Below are positions 16,885 to 26,513 of a DNA stretch of 41,948 nt, one piece after another. The translations under genes and the position numbers were made by a program. Position 1 is the first letter of the stretch, and each line of letters starts with the position of its first letter. The notes under the pieces are model-generated. The model had not been told where the DNA came from. It saw nothing but the letters and a program-made list of their open reading frames with translations, and did not search any database. The stretch comes from a virus: IMG/VR virus record IMGVR_UViG_3300005824_000050; one strand, 5' to 3'.

Positions 16885-18516
16885 ATGGCGATTCCAACCA
16901 CTACAGCGACTGAAGTCTACGTCATCAACATGGACACGGACGCCGAGTATTACTCGTTGTCCGCGACTACTGTTGGATACAAAGCGAGCACGCTGAAGCT
17001 GCTCACTCTGTATACGATGATGGCGTCCGCAAGCGGGTACTCGACCAAATCGACTATGCAGGCAGCGACCGAGGTCGTCATTTCTGCGGACATTGTTGGT
17101 GGTACTGGGGTTGCACTGGTCGCCGGACACACATGGGATATGTGGTCGCTGGCGTTAAATATGATGTTCGCGTCTTCGAACGACGCATGTCAGGTGATTG
17201 CGCGACACGTCGGCACCCGCATCTATGTGGATGCTGGCAGTACAGGCACGACGGGCGTTGCTCGGTTTGTGGAGGCTATGGTGAGTTATGCCAGCACGAT
17301 TGGCATGACCGACACCACCATCACCCGGCCAGATGGGCTGGGTGGGTCGGGTCAGGAGACGACCGTAAAAGACCTGGGCAAGCTGTGTGCCTATGTCAAT
17401 GAAACAGTTTTCGACTACGCCGAATTTATCCCGGTGTTTAAGCAGTTTTCCACGACAATCGACTACGACGATGGTGCGCCACAGACACGCATCGTGGAGA
17501 AAGAAGGCATCTACGGCGCGGTGCCCGGGTATAAAATGAGCAAGGCCGGTACGACCGGGCATTACTGGCTCGTCGCGGAATTGCCAAACGGCCAGCATGT
17601 ATCCATTTGCACCTCCGGCTCCAGTCAGGCTGCGGCAGTGGCGGACCATCTGGCTCTGTACCGGCAGCTTCTCATCGACTATCCGACCACGCTGGCCGTG
17701 CCCGGCTCACCGGCGACTCTTGCGTGGATGGCGTCAGAGTCCGGAGGCAACTTGGTCGCATGGAGCGATGATAGCCTCATGTACCAGGATGATGGCACCA
17801 GCACGCCGTGCGACGACAATGGAGAATTCGCTCGACGTTGGTATCCCGATACCGAAATTGGAGTGAGCGGGAATTATTTCCGCGCTGACAGTGATGCGTT
17901 GCGACCAGAACGCGATACATCTGTCAGTGGTCGTCTATTCGATTTATCCGGTGGTTCTTACATGATGCACCTGGGCGCGAAGGGCATCGGGGCTGCTACG
18001 CACTTCGCCACTTCTGGTCAGTCGTGGATGACCATGGCGCGTACATTCGGCAGTGCCACGTCTGGCACCGTGTTCTCGCGCCGGGGTGCCAGTTCCACAA
18101 TGCAGTTCTTCTATAACAGCGCGTCATCGCGCACGGGCAACATCCGCAACAGCAACAGCGCGGGCAGCTACGGTCCCACCGGGAACCTGTCCGGGCAAGA
18201 GAGCGTGCATGGAACGGTGTTCGACGGCACATATCATCAATGGGTGGCAGGCACAGTGGGCGGCGACCCCTTCGTCCCAGTGGGCACGCAGGCTGACGGA
18301 ACAGACAACTTCTCCATTTTCGAGCGGTACACCGGCTCGTATCCATGGGAGGGGGGCTGGGGACGCACAATCATGTGCGACGCCTACCATGTGACTGTGC
18401 GCGAAAAAATGCGTGACTGGTGCTTTGGTGTCGTGACTAACCAGTTTCGTGATGCGGCTGGCACGGCCCCCGGTGGTGGGTCTATCGTTGCGCTCATGAT
18501 GCAGTTGCACAGCTAA
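16885..18516 (+). CDS. fibre/virion-module protein with N-terminal DD-carboxypeptidase (peptidase S11, PBP5-like) domain
   Basis: SxxK (ASTLKLLT), SxN (ASSNDACQVIARHVG), KTG-like (SKAGTTG) and RPDGLGG..TTVKDLGKL in canonical order; lower G+C; no SD sequence. Confidence 0.65.
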   Translation: MAIPTTTATEVYVINMDTDAEYYSLSATTVGYKASTLKLLTLYTMMASASGYSTKSTMQAATEVVISADIVGGTGVALVAGHTWDMWSLALNMMFASSNDACQVIARHVGTRIYVDAGSTGTTGVARFVEAMVSYASTIGMTDTTITRPDGLGGSGQETTVKDLGKLCAYVNETVFDYAEFIPVFKQFSTTIDYDDGAPQTRIVEKEGIYGAVPGYKMSKAGTTGHYWLVAELPNGQHVSICTSGSSQAAAVADHLALYRQLLIDYPTTLAVPGSPATLAWMASESGGNLVAWSDDSLMYQDDGTSTPCDDNGEFARRWYPDTEIGVSGNYFRADSDALRPERDTSVSGRLFDLSGGSYMMHLGAKGIGAATHFATSGQSWMTMARTFGSATSGTVFSRRGASSTMQFFYNSASSRTGNIRNSNSAGSYGPTGNLSGQESVHGTVFDGTYHQWVAGTVGGDPFVPVGTQADGTDNFSIFERYTGSYPWEGGWGRTIMCDAYHVTVREKMRDWCFGVVTNQFRDAAGTAPGGGSIVALMMQLHS

Positions 18517-18530
18517 CCGAGGATTTCTAG

Positions 18531-19565
18531 ATGATTATCGACGTAGTGAAAAAAGGCACAGCCGATTACAGCGCGGAGATACGCATCATCGACGCGGCGG
18601 ACGGCACGCCTGAAACGGGAGTTGAGCACAACACGGCAGGCATCGACCTGTATTACCACCGGCAGGGCGCGGCTGTCACGAGCATCACGGAAGCGGCGCT
18701 GGCAGACCTGACCACTGCACACACTGATGGTGGCATCGAGCATGTGGGTGGTGGCAATTACCGGCTGGACCTCCCTGATGCGGCGGTGGCGAGCGGCGTG
18801 GATTACGTCGACATCGGAGGCACCATTACGGACATGATTGTCATCGGTGGTCGCATCCGGCTGACGGACGTCGATTTGCAAGATGCCACGCGCATGGGTG
18901 TGACGGCACTGCCGAATGCGAACGCCGGTGCGGCAAGTGGTCTGCACATTCTCGGAACCAACGCGGCGGCCGTTGCGTACACAGCGGGCATGACCATTTC
19001 CAATGCGAGCGGTGATGCACTCGCGCTCACGAGCAGCGGCGGCAATGGCACGGGGCTGATTGCTACTGGCAACGGCACCGGGGAGGGAATCACCGGGCAA
19101 GGTGGCGCCACGGGTCATGGATTTCTGGCTCAAGGTGGCGCAACGAGCGGCGCAGGATTTCGGGCGAACGCGCAATCAGGTAATTCCATCGGTATCTATG
19201 GGACCGGCGATGGTAGTGGTCCGGGTATTCGCGGACTGGCTGGTGCTACTGGCGCAGGCATCAGCGGGGTGGGTGGTTCTTCGTTTGGTCCAGGGATTGA
19301 CGCTGCTGCCACCGCAAGTGATTCCGATGGAATCAGGGGGACCGCATCCGGGGCAGGGTCGGGCTTGATGGTGGTCGGTGGCGCCACGGGGCACGGCATT
19401 GAGGCCATGGGTGGTACGAACGGCGACGGCATCAAAGCGACGCTGGGAGGCACGGGTGTGGACATTCGCGGGAACATCACCGGCATCGTCGACGCGAACG
19501 TCAAAAAGATTAACGACGCCACCGTCACCGGCGATGGTAACGCGACACCGTGGGACGGCGCGTAA
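18531..19565 (+). CDS. fibre/decoration-like protein with Gly-rich solenoid repeats
   Basis: GAGGA RBS; about 11-aa G-x-G-x-G-hydrophobic repeats over aa ~165-320. Confidence 0.65.
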   Translation: MIIDVVKKGTADYSAEIRIIDAADGTPETGVEHNTAGIDLYYHRQGAAVTSITEAALADLTTAHTDGGIEHVGGGNYRLDLPDAAVASGVDYVDIGGTITDMIVIGGRIRLTDVDLQDATRMGVTALPNANAGAASGLHILGTNAAAVAYTAGMTISNASGDALALTSSGGNGTGLIATGNGTGEGITGQGGATGHGFLAQGGATSGAGFRANAQSGNSIGIYGTGDGSGPGIRGLAGATGAGISGVGGSSFGPGIDAAATASDSDGIRGTASGAGSGLMVVGGATGHGIEAMGGTNGDGIKATLGGTGVDIRGNITGIVDANVKKINDATVTGDGNATPWDGA

Positions 19566-19568
19566 TCC

Positions 19569-20099
19569 ATGGCCGCTATCGGCATCGCATGGGCTGATGG
19601 TGCCTGGGATGAGGCATCCTGGGCTGTCGGTGCATGGCGGCAGGCGGCAGGGGATTTCGACGAGGCTGTAACCCTTGCCGCAACTGCGGCGGTGGCCTCG
19701 GCGGGGGGCGCAGACTTCGACGAGACGGCGGCTGCGGCGGCCGTTGCTGCACTCTCCACGGACAGCTATATCTCCCTCGACGAGGTGGCGGCCCTGGTCG
19801 CGACAGGGGACCTCACCGCTGCGGCGAACCACATATTGGCCGCTGTTCTCGCCCTCGAAGGGGCGGCCGCAGTGGCGGTCTCCCCAGCAGGCTCGGTCTA
19901 TGTAACGTCTACCTCCCTGGCCGCCGCAGCAGCAGCGGCCACCTTCGGCGGGCTAGATTCAGACCCGGCGGACACAGTAACCCTGGCTGCGCTGGCGACT
20001 ATCTTCGCCTCTGCTACACTCATCGAGGCCCCTGCAGAGCCCTGGACTGTCGCGCCCCCACTTACCGATAGATGGATTGTGAGACCACCGCCCGAGTGA
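19569..20099 (+). CDS. Ala-rich hypothetical virion-module protein
   Basis: N-terminal W-repeat GIAWADGAWDEASWAVGAW; 176 aa. Confidence 0.55.
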   Translation: MAAIGIAWADGAWDEASWAVGAWRQAAGDFDEAVTLAATAAVASAGGADFDETAAAAAVAALSTDSYISLDEVAALVATGDLTAAANHILAAVLALEGAAAVAVSPAGSVYVTSTSLAAAAAAATFGGLDSDPADTVTLAALATIFASATLIEAPAEPWTVAPPLTDRWIVRPPPE

Positions 20100-20120
20100 A
20101 CCCGGGAAGAGGAACTTGAA

Positions 20121-20690
20121 ATGAAGACCCTAGCCATGACCACGTTCGCCCGTTTCACCGCGGTGGCCGCACTCATTATCACCCGGTGCCTGGGTATCCA
20201 GGCAGTCGTACGGAACAAGTACACCGTTGAGTGTTTCGACCGGGACGGTCGCCTGAAATGGCGTGAGGTCGTCTTCAACACGATGATGACCGAAGGACTG
20301 AACAACCTCCTCGACACCTGTCTCGGGGGTACCGCTGAGGAGACGGTGTGGTACGTTGGGCTTGTCGACGCTGCCGGGTTCTCCCAGTATGCCGCCGCTG
20401 ACACCCTGGCCACCCACGGTGGTTGGACGGAACTCGTTCCGGGTACGGACTACACAGGTAACCGGCAGACGTGGACCAAGAACGGTGTGGCCTCCGCAGG
20501 GGCGATGAGCAACAGCACCTTGAAAGCGTCCTTCCCGATTCTCACCACCAAATCGGTGAACGGCGCGTTCCTGGCTTCCGCGGCCACGGGCACCTCGGGC
20601 AAGCTTTATGGCGCCGCGAATTTCACGTCTCCCCGTGCCGTTGAGAACGGCGACACCCTGAACGTGCAGATGGACCCGAGTATCACCTGA
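20121..20690 (+). CDS. hypothetical virion-module protein
   Basis: GAGGAA RBS; 189 aa. Confidence 0.6.
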   Translation: MKTLAMTTFARFTAVAALIITRCLGIQAVVRNKYTVECFDRDGRLKWREVVFNTMMTEGLNNLLDTCLGGTAEETVWYVGLVDAAGFSQYAAADTLATHGGWTELVPGTDYTGNRQTWTKNGVASAGAMSNSTLKASFPILTTKSVNGAFLASAATGTSGKLYGAANFTSPRAVENGDTLNVQMDPSIT

Positions 20691-21208
20691 TGCGACCCGC
20701 CATGACTCGCGAAGGTCTGCGGTTCCTCACCGTTCTCGAAGGGGGCATGAAGCTCGCCCCCTACGACGACGGTGCGGGATACCAGACCATCGGGGTCGGG
20801 CACCTCATCATGGACAGCGAGAGGTACCTCCTCTCAGGCATCACCGAAGACCAGGGATGGGCGTTGCTCGCGGACGACTGCACCGAGGCCGAGAACGGTG
20901 TCCGGGACAACCTCACTGAGGAGTGCATGGAGTCCCTCACCCCTCAGCAGGTTGACGCACTCGTGTGTTTCACCTTCAACACCGGGGTCGGGAACTTCAG
21001 ACGGTCAGGGCTTGCCCGGTGTTTAAACGCTGGGGATTTCGAGAAGGTCCCCTACGAAATGTCGAAGTGGCGCCGGGCGAAGGGTCGCATCATGCAAGGC
21101 CTTGTAGAGCGCAGGAAGGCGGAGGGCTATCTCTTTAAGACAGGCATCTACGACATGCACCCATACTCGTCCACCGGGGCGAGTGACATCATGGAGATTT
21201 ACCGATGA
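20690..21208 (+). CDS. endolysin, GH24 (T4-lysozyme-like) muramidase
   Basis: LEGG...YDDGAGYQTIGVGH catalytic E/D/T pattern; TGATG-coupled start. Confidence 0.85.
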   Translation: MRPAMTREGLRFLTVLEGGMKLAPYDDGAGYQTIGVGHLIMDSERYLLSGITEDQGWALLADDCTEAENGVRDNLTEECMESLTPQQVDALVCFTFNTGVGNFRRSGLARCLNAGDFEKVPYEMSKWRRAKGRIMQGLVERRKAEGYLFKTGIYDMHPYSSTGASDIMEIYR

Positions 21209-21315
21209 ATCCGTTGACCAGACTGCACAAAAGCCCGATAGCCATGCTGGTGGTCGGCTTTGTCGTGGGCATGTTGCTGTTCCAGTTCACCGGGGCGTGC
21301 CCGGTAGCGCTGTAA
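21205..21315 (+). CDS. small single-TM membrane protein (36 aa), lysis-cassette member
   Basis: ATGA overlap with the endolysin stop and TAATG overlap with the holin start; hydrophobic core IAMLVVGFVVGMLLF; below the ORF-track cutoff. Confidence 0.5.
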   Translation: MNPLTRLHKSPIAMLVVGFVVGMLLFQFTGACPVAL

Positions 21316-21749
21316 TGGCGCCTCTACTGACTCTGCTCCTGCCTCTCGCCGGCAAGATTTTCGACAAGGTCTTGCCGGACGAGACGGCACGCGAGGCGGC
21401 CAAGCTCGAACTGTTGGCCATGCAGGGCTCGCAGGAAATGGACCTGTTGCAGGTTCAGATGAGCGCCATCGTGGCAGAGGCGAAGAGCCAGGACCCGTGG
21501 ACTTCGCGAGCCCGTCCGGCCTTCCTCTACGTCGTGTATCTGTACATCCTCTTTGGTATCCCCATGGGGGTCCTGTTCACGTTCAACCCCGAGGCGGCTA
21601 CCGCCCTCTCCGGTGGAGCGCGAGCGTGGCTCACCAGTATCCCGGAGGAGATGTGGTGGCTGTTCGGCACCGGGTACCTCGGGTACGTTGGAGCAAGGAC
21701 CGTCGACAAGGGCCGGGAGGCCGCCCGGTCAAGCAAGGCCGGTCTCTAA
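21315..21749 (+). CDS. holin (3-TM, GTA-type holin family-like)
   Basis: Internal start of track ORF 21183..21749; N-terminal amphipathic region, then QVQMSAIVAEAKSQDPWTSRARP and TM segments. Confidence 0.7.
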   Translation: MAPLLTLLLPLAGKIFDKVLPDETAREAAKLELLAMQGSQEMDLLQVQMSAIVAEAKSQDPWTSRARPAFLYVVYLYILFGIPMGVLFTFNPEAATALSGGARAWLTSIPEEMWWLFGTGYLGYVGARTVDKGREAARSSKAGL

Positions 21750-21761
21750 CTCCTGCGGGGG

Positions 21762-22088
21762 GTGCCAGTGCTATCGGACGGGAAGCTGTTGGAATGGGTG
21801 GTGGGAGGCATCATGCTCGTGCTGGGGTGGTGGAATAGGCTGCTGCATTCAAGACTCACTGAACTTGAGAAGGAGAAAGTTGGCGTCTCGACGTTCAATA
21901 GCGCCCTGGCCCGGAGAGATGAAGAGACCGCTAAGGTCGTAACGGAGATACGGGAAATGTCGAACAAGTCTGAGAGGTGGTCCGAGAGGACCCACCAACG
22001 AATCGACGACCTCAGTATCCAGGTCGCCAGGGTGGTGGCGAAGTCCGAAATGGGCTCTTCGCGGTCTGGGCAGGGGCAGGGGAAGTGA
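21762..22088 (+). CDS. membrane-anchored coiled-coil protein (i-spanin-like)
   Basis: N-terminal TM WVVGGIMLVLGWW followed by coiled coil; GTG start. Confidence 0.5.
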   Translation: MPVLSDGKLLEWVVGGIMLVLGWWNRLLHSRLTELEKEKVGVSTFNSALARRDEETAKVVTEIREMSNKSERWSERTHQRIDDLSIQVARVVAKSEMGSSRSGQGQGK

Positions 22089-22708
22089 GCAATCCTGTCA
22101 CTGACCTGAGCACACTACGGACTGCAGTGTCGACATGGCTCGCTCGTGCGGACCTCACCGCGGTGGTGGACTACTTCATCTTTTTCGCGGAAAAGGAACT
22201 CAACCGCACCAAGCGCATCTTCGCCCAGGAGACTGTGCAATACGTTGACACCGTCGCCGGCAGTAAGTGGGTCCCGTACCCATCTGGGTACAAAGGCTTC
22301 CGGTGGCTGAGGCGAAACATCGGGACCGAAGGTGGCCGCCTGACCTTCATGACCGCGGATGGGATTCACGCACAGTCCAAGTACCTGCAAGCGGGCACCC
22401 CAGAGGTGTATTGTCTCCACGGTGACCGCATCCAGTTGGGTCCGATTCCCGAAGGGGTCATTCAGCTTGAGGCCGGGGTCTACGAGGACATCCCCTATCT
22501 GAGCAATACGAATACCTCGAACTGGTGGCTCGCGAATGCGCCGGACGCCCTCATGTACGGGGCGCTTCTGCATGCGGAGCCATACCTGAAGAACGACCAG
22601 CGGGTGGGGGTGTGGCGCGACCTTTACACCCGGGCCACGGAGACTATTGACGAGGCGGACGAGCACTACCGGTACCCGAAGGGGTCCCTGGTGCAGCGTA
22701 CCTCCTGA
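22085..22708 (+). CDS. virion structural protein (adaptor/tail-associated, putative)
   Basis: GTGA-coupled start; the N-terminus VSNPVTDLSTLRTAVSTWLARADLT is a common phage structural N-terminal pattern (from memory). Confidence 0.55.
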   Translation: MSNPVTDLSTLRTAVSTWLARADLTAVVDYFIFFAEKELNRTKRIFAQETVQYVDTVAGSKWVPYPSGYKGFRWLRRNIGTEGGRLTFMTADGIHAQSKYLQAGTPEVYCLHGDRIQLGPIPEGVIQLEAGVYEDIPYLSNTNTSNWWLANAPDALMYGALLHAEPYLKNDQRVGVWRDLYTRATETIDEADEHYRYPKGSLVQRTS

Positions 22709-22719
22709 GGGTTTAAACG

Positions 22720-23724
22720 ATGACCGTCGAATCAGCCACCTACCTCGGAGACCTGGACCCGTCCTACCCAGCGGACAGCGACAACGTCATTGAGGGGGAC
22801 AACCACATCCGTCTCCTGAAAACGGTACTTCAGGCGACCTTCCCGAATCTCGATGCAGCGGTCACGGCTGCGCCGGCTGACCTGAACAGCCTGACTGGCC
22901 GGCAGACGTTCATCAACAACTTCCTGCAAGCGGCGACCCCGATTGCCGCGGACGCAATCTTCGGTCACAACTTCTCCGCTTCCGCCGCGCCCACCGCGGG
23001 GGATGACGACGGCGACGGGTACCGGGCCGGGTCCACCTGGGTGTGGGGCGCCGCGAGCAGGATGTGGGTGTGCTTCGCCGCCACCACGGGGACCGCGGTG
23101 TGGAGGGAAATCTCGTTCGGAGTTCCGAAGAACAACTTCCTTGCTTCGGCCGCCCCGACCATCACCGATGATGACTCGGGCGGCTACGCCGCCGGCTCCA
23201 GGTGGAGACTGACCGCGGGAACCTTGACATGGGTGTGCGTGGATGCCACCACCGGTGCCGCGGTGTGGCGCCTGGAGGTTCCGTTGGTTGCCAAGTACCA
23301 GGAGACGCAGTCCTCGGGGACCCCCGGTGGTACTTTCTCCGCAGGGGCCTGGAGAACCCGCACACTGAATGACGAGGTGTTCGATGACATCGGCGCCAGT
23401 GTCGGTACCAATCAGGTCACCCTGCCGGCGGGGACGTATGAGGTGCGGGCGAGCGCACCCGGGTACCAATGTGGGCGCCACGTTATCCGGCTTCAGAACG
23501 TCTCCGACGCAACAACTGTGGCAGAGGGGGAGTGCGCCTTCAGCGGAGAAGGCTACCTCGTGACGAACCGGTCTGAACTCCTCGACCGGTTCACCATCAC
23601 TGCGTCCAAGGTGTTCGAGCTTCAACATCGCTGCGACGACTCCCAGGCCACCAACGGGTTCGGCGTCAACAACGGGTTCACCACCGAGGTGTACTCGACG
23701 GTCGAGTTTAGCCGGATTGCCTGA
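22720..23724 (+). CDS. tail fibre protein
   Basis: Typical fibre N-terminus (GDNHIRLLKTVLQATFPNL...ADLNSLTG); internal ~47-aa duplication. Confidence 0.75.
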   Translation: MTVESATYLGDLDPSYPADSDNVIEGDNHIRLLKTVLQATFPNLDAAVTAAPADLNSLTGRQTFINNFLQAATPIAADAIFGHNFSASAAPTAGDDDGDGYRAGSTWVWGAASRMWVCFAATTGTAVWREISFGVPKNNFLASAAPTITDDDSGGYAAGSRWRLTAGTLTWVCVDATTGAAVWRLEVPLVAKYQETQSSGTPGGTFSAGAWRTRTLNDEVFDDIGASVGTNQVTLPAGTYEVRASAPGYQCGRHVIRLQNVSDATTVAEGECAFSGEGYLVTNRSELLDRFTITASKVFELQHRCDDSQATNGFGVNNGFTTEVYSTVEFSRIA

Positions 23725-25286
23725 TGCAACCAGGACTACACCCTATCTTGAATCTGGGGGAGCACGGCATTGTTCGTGACATCCTCCCGTTCGAGCTTCC
23801 GGAGAACGCATGGAGCGCGGGGCGCAACGTCCAGTTCGACGCGGAGGGGGTGGAGTCAGGCCCCGGGTACTTTTCGGCAGCGACGCCCTCGGTGCTCCCC
23901 TACGGGCTGTTCCCCGTCACCTATAACTCGACGCACTACTGGGTGTATTTAAGTGACACCGGGGCATACGCCTTCGACGGCACCACCCACTACAACATCA
24001 CCCCGACGGTGCCGTTCACCGGCAGCGCCGGCAGCGTCTGGTCCGCGGCGCTCCTCAACGGGAACCTCGTCGTGACCAACGGTGTCGACGGTCTGCACTC
24101 GTGGGACATGAACACCTCGAACATCATGGTGCCTCTCGCTGGGTGGCCGGCTTCCGCTGTAGCGCAGGACGTGGTGGCGTTTAAACAGTTCCTCTTCGGG
24201 TTCAACGTGGAACTGTCCGGGACGAGTTACCCGTATCGGGCGAAGTGGAGCCATCAAGCCGCGGGAGGTGGACTCCCCACGTCCTGGGACGAGACAGACC
24301 CGACACTGGACGCAGGTGAGCGGGACCTCGGGGACGACTCGGCCCGTCTCATCGGGGCGAAGATTCTCGGGGACACCATGCTCATGTTCTCGAACAAACA
24401 GATGCACGGGGTGCAATACGTCGGAGGGGAGAACGTCTTCCGGTTCTATAACTTCACAGGCACCCCCGGTCTCCTGGCCAAGGGCGGCTGCGCCACGTTC
24501 TCCTCCCCGGTTGGCGCAAGGGCGGCATACGTCAGCAACGGTGATGTGATGATTACCGACGGCAATTCCGCGCAGTCGATGATTGACACAAAGAACCGCG
24601 ACTGGCTGTTCCGCAACCTCGACCAGGACAGCTACAAAAAGCTGCGGATGGTGGATGACCCTTCGCGCAAGCAACTGTGGCTGGCGTTCCCTGAGACCGG
24701 AGAGTCGACTCTCACCAAGGCGTTGATGTTCGATTACCAGAGCCCGAACCTCGCCTGCGGGGTCCGGGACCTCCCAACGAACACGCATGCTCTGGCGTCA
24801 GGGTTGGACCTGAGTGCCGGCGCAGCGCTGAGGTGGTCGGACCTCGCCACTACAGCGTGGTCTGCCATGGGGGACCGGGCCTGGGGTGAGACACCGAACG
24901 ACACCCTCAGTGACTTTCTTCTTCTCGGGACCTCTGGGGCGGTATACAAGGTGAGTGAAGACTCCAACACCAACGCGGGCGTTCCGAAGGAGTCTTATGT
25001 CGAGAGGACCGGCCTGCTGTTCACCGAGAGAAACAATTCTGCCCACGTCTCCGGTGTCCGGGTGTCCGCACAGGGAGGCTCGTTCGAGGTGACCGTTGGC
25101 TCGCAGGACGACCCGCAGGCCCCAGTAAGATGGGGAACCGCGAGAATCTTCTCGCCCGGGAACGGGCACCGGGTTGACGCTCGGTCAGAGGGCAGGTTTA
25201 TCGCGCTGCGGTTGAGAAGCGGGTCCGATGTGGCGTGGAGAGTGAGGTCTCTTGCCCTCGAATACCACGAGACCGGCGACCGATGA
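23724..25286 (+). CDS. tail/virion structural protein
   Basis: 520 aa; TGATG coupling to the fibre gene. Confidence 0.6.
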   Translation: MQPGLHPILNLGEHGIVRDILPFELPENAWSAGRNVQFDAEGVESGPGYFSAATPSVLPYGLFPVTYNSTHYWVYLSDTGAYAFDGTTHYNITPTVPFTGSAGSVWSAALLNGNLVVTNGVDGLHSWDMNTSNIMVPLAGWPASAVAQDVVAFKQFLFGFNVELSGTSYPYRAKWSHQAAGGGLPTSWDETDPTLDAGERDLGDDSARLIGAKILGDTMLMFSNKQMHGVQYVGGENVFRFYNFTGTPGLLAKGGCATFSSPVGARAAYVSNGDVMITDGNSAQSMIDTKNRDWLFRNLDQDSYKKLRMVDDPSRKQLWLAFPETGESTLTKALMFDYQSPNLACGVRDLPTNTHALASGLDLSAGAALRWSDLATTAWSAMGDRAWGETPNDTLSDFLLLGTSGAVYKVSEDSNTNAGVPKESYVERTGLLFTERNNSAHVSGVRVSAQGGSFEVTVGSQDDPQAPVRWGTARIFSPGNGHRVDARSEGRFIALRLRSGSDVAWRVRSLALEYHETGDR

Positions 25287-25513
25287 TTACCACCCCGGAG
25301 ACCGTGCCTCAGGAGTACGACGCTCAGTACCTGACCCAGGCGCTGGAACGGCTCCACCAGTTGGTGGGACTGGCGACAGACCTGGAGAGTGCTACCATCC
25401 CGGACAAGCCACGAGTCGGGATGGTCCGCTACTTCGACGGTAGCCGGGCAGACCCAGGTTCTGGAGAGGGTCTTTACGTTTACCTTTCAACCGGCTGGAC
25501 AAAGGCAACATGA
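25283..25513 (+). CDS. hypothetical virion-module protein
   Basis: ATGA overlap; internal start of track ORF 25235..25513. Confidence 0.55.
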   Translation: MITTPETVPQEYDAQYLTQALERLHQLVGLATDLESATIPDKPRVGMVRYFDGSRADPGSGEGLYVYLSTGWTKAT

Positions 25514-25514
25514 C

Positions 25515-26510
25515 ATGGTCTGGGGAGCAGTAGCATCAATCGGGGCCAGCGTACTGGGTAGTGCGCTGAGCAAGAAGTCCGGTAAGAGCACCACCGCGGG
25601 GAATTCAGGGTCTTCGCAGGCCACCCGGCTCCCCTACGCGCCCACTATCCCGGTGTTGGACCGTCTCGCCGGCAGGGCATACAACCTCTCCGGGAAGCGT
25701 GGAAAGCTGGACTACTACGGCGGGTACACCGGGCTCGATGACCTCCAGCTTCAGGGGCTCCAGCAGCAGAGGGGCTTTGCGGACACCGCGGGCTCCTCTG
25801 TGGTCAATCCCGCGATGGAGTCGTGGCGGGGGGCGTTGAACCCCGCAGAGAATCCGTACATGACCCGGGCCATGTCCGGGCTTGCGGACCAGTTCACCCA
25901 GGACATGAATCTCGGGGTACTCCCAGGGCTGCGCACGAGCGCCACCATGGCCGGGCATGAGGGGGGCTCGACCAGGAAGAACCTCACCGAGGGTGTGGCC
26001 ACAGGGCTGGGACTCCAGGGGCTCGCCCGCGCCCAGGCGGACATGGGCTACCGTGGATACCAGGACGCACTCCAGAGCAGGGACTTCGCACTCGGTATGG
26101 CGCCGGAGATGCTGGCTCTCGGGCAGGCCCCGGGCAACATCATGCAGAACATCGGAGCCCAGTACCGTGCGGACGCTGAGGGCCGGCGACTCGAAGAGCA
26201 GCAGCGCAACGAGTTTATCCAGGACGCCCCCTACGAGCAGACCCGCCGGGTGCTCGGGCTCACCATGCCCATTGCCGGTCTCGGGGGCACCTCTACGTCG
26301 TCCTTCAACGGGACAAACACCCAACCTGGGCAGCCGGGGATGGACCCTCTCCAGGCGGGCCTCGGGTTCGGTTCTCTCGTGGGGAGTTTCTTCGGCAACA
26401 GGCCGGGGAGTACCGCGGTGCCGGGTCAGGTGCCGCTAGCGTCCGCGGCGAATCCTCCGTTCTCGGTGTCACAACAGATGGGGTTCCTGGCCCCGTTCCT
26501 GAGGAATTGA
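25515..26510 (+). CDS. internal virion protein (putative)
   Basis: Starts MVWGAVASIGASVLGSAL; Gly/Gln-rich; internal start of track ORF 25389..26510. Confidence 0.55.
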   Translation: MVWGAVASIGASVLGSALSKKSGKSTTAGNSGSSQATRLPYAPTIPVLDRLAGRAYNLSGKRGKLDYYGGYTGLDDLQLQGLQQQRGFADTAGSSVVNPAMESWRGALNPAENPYMTRAMSGLADQFTQDMNLGVLPGLRTSATMAGHEGGSTRKNLTEGVATGLGLQGLARAQADMGYRGYQDALQSRDFALGMAPEMLALGQAPGNIMQNIGAQYRADAEGRRLEEQQRNEFIQDAPYEQTRRVLGLTMPIAGLGGTSTSSFNGTNTQPGQPGMDPLQAGLGFGSLVGSFFGNRPGSTAVPGQVPLASAANPPFSVSQQMGFLAPFLRN

Positions 26511-26513
26511 CCC

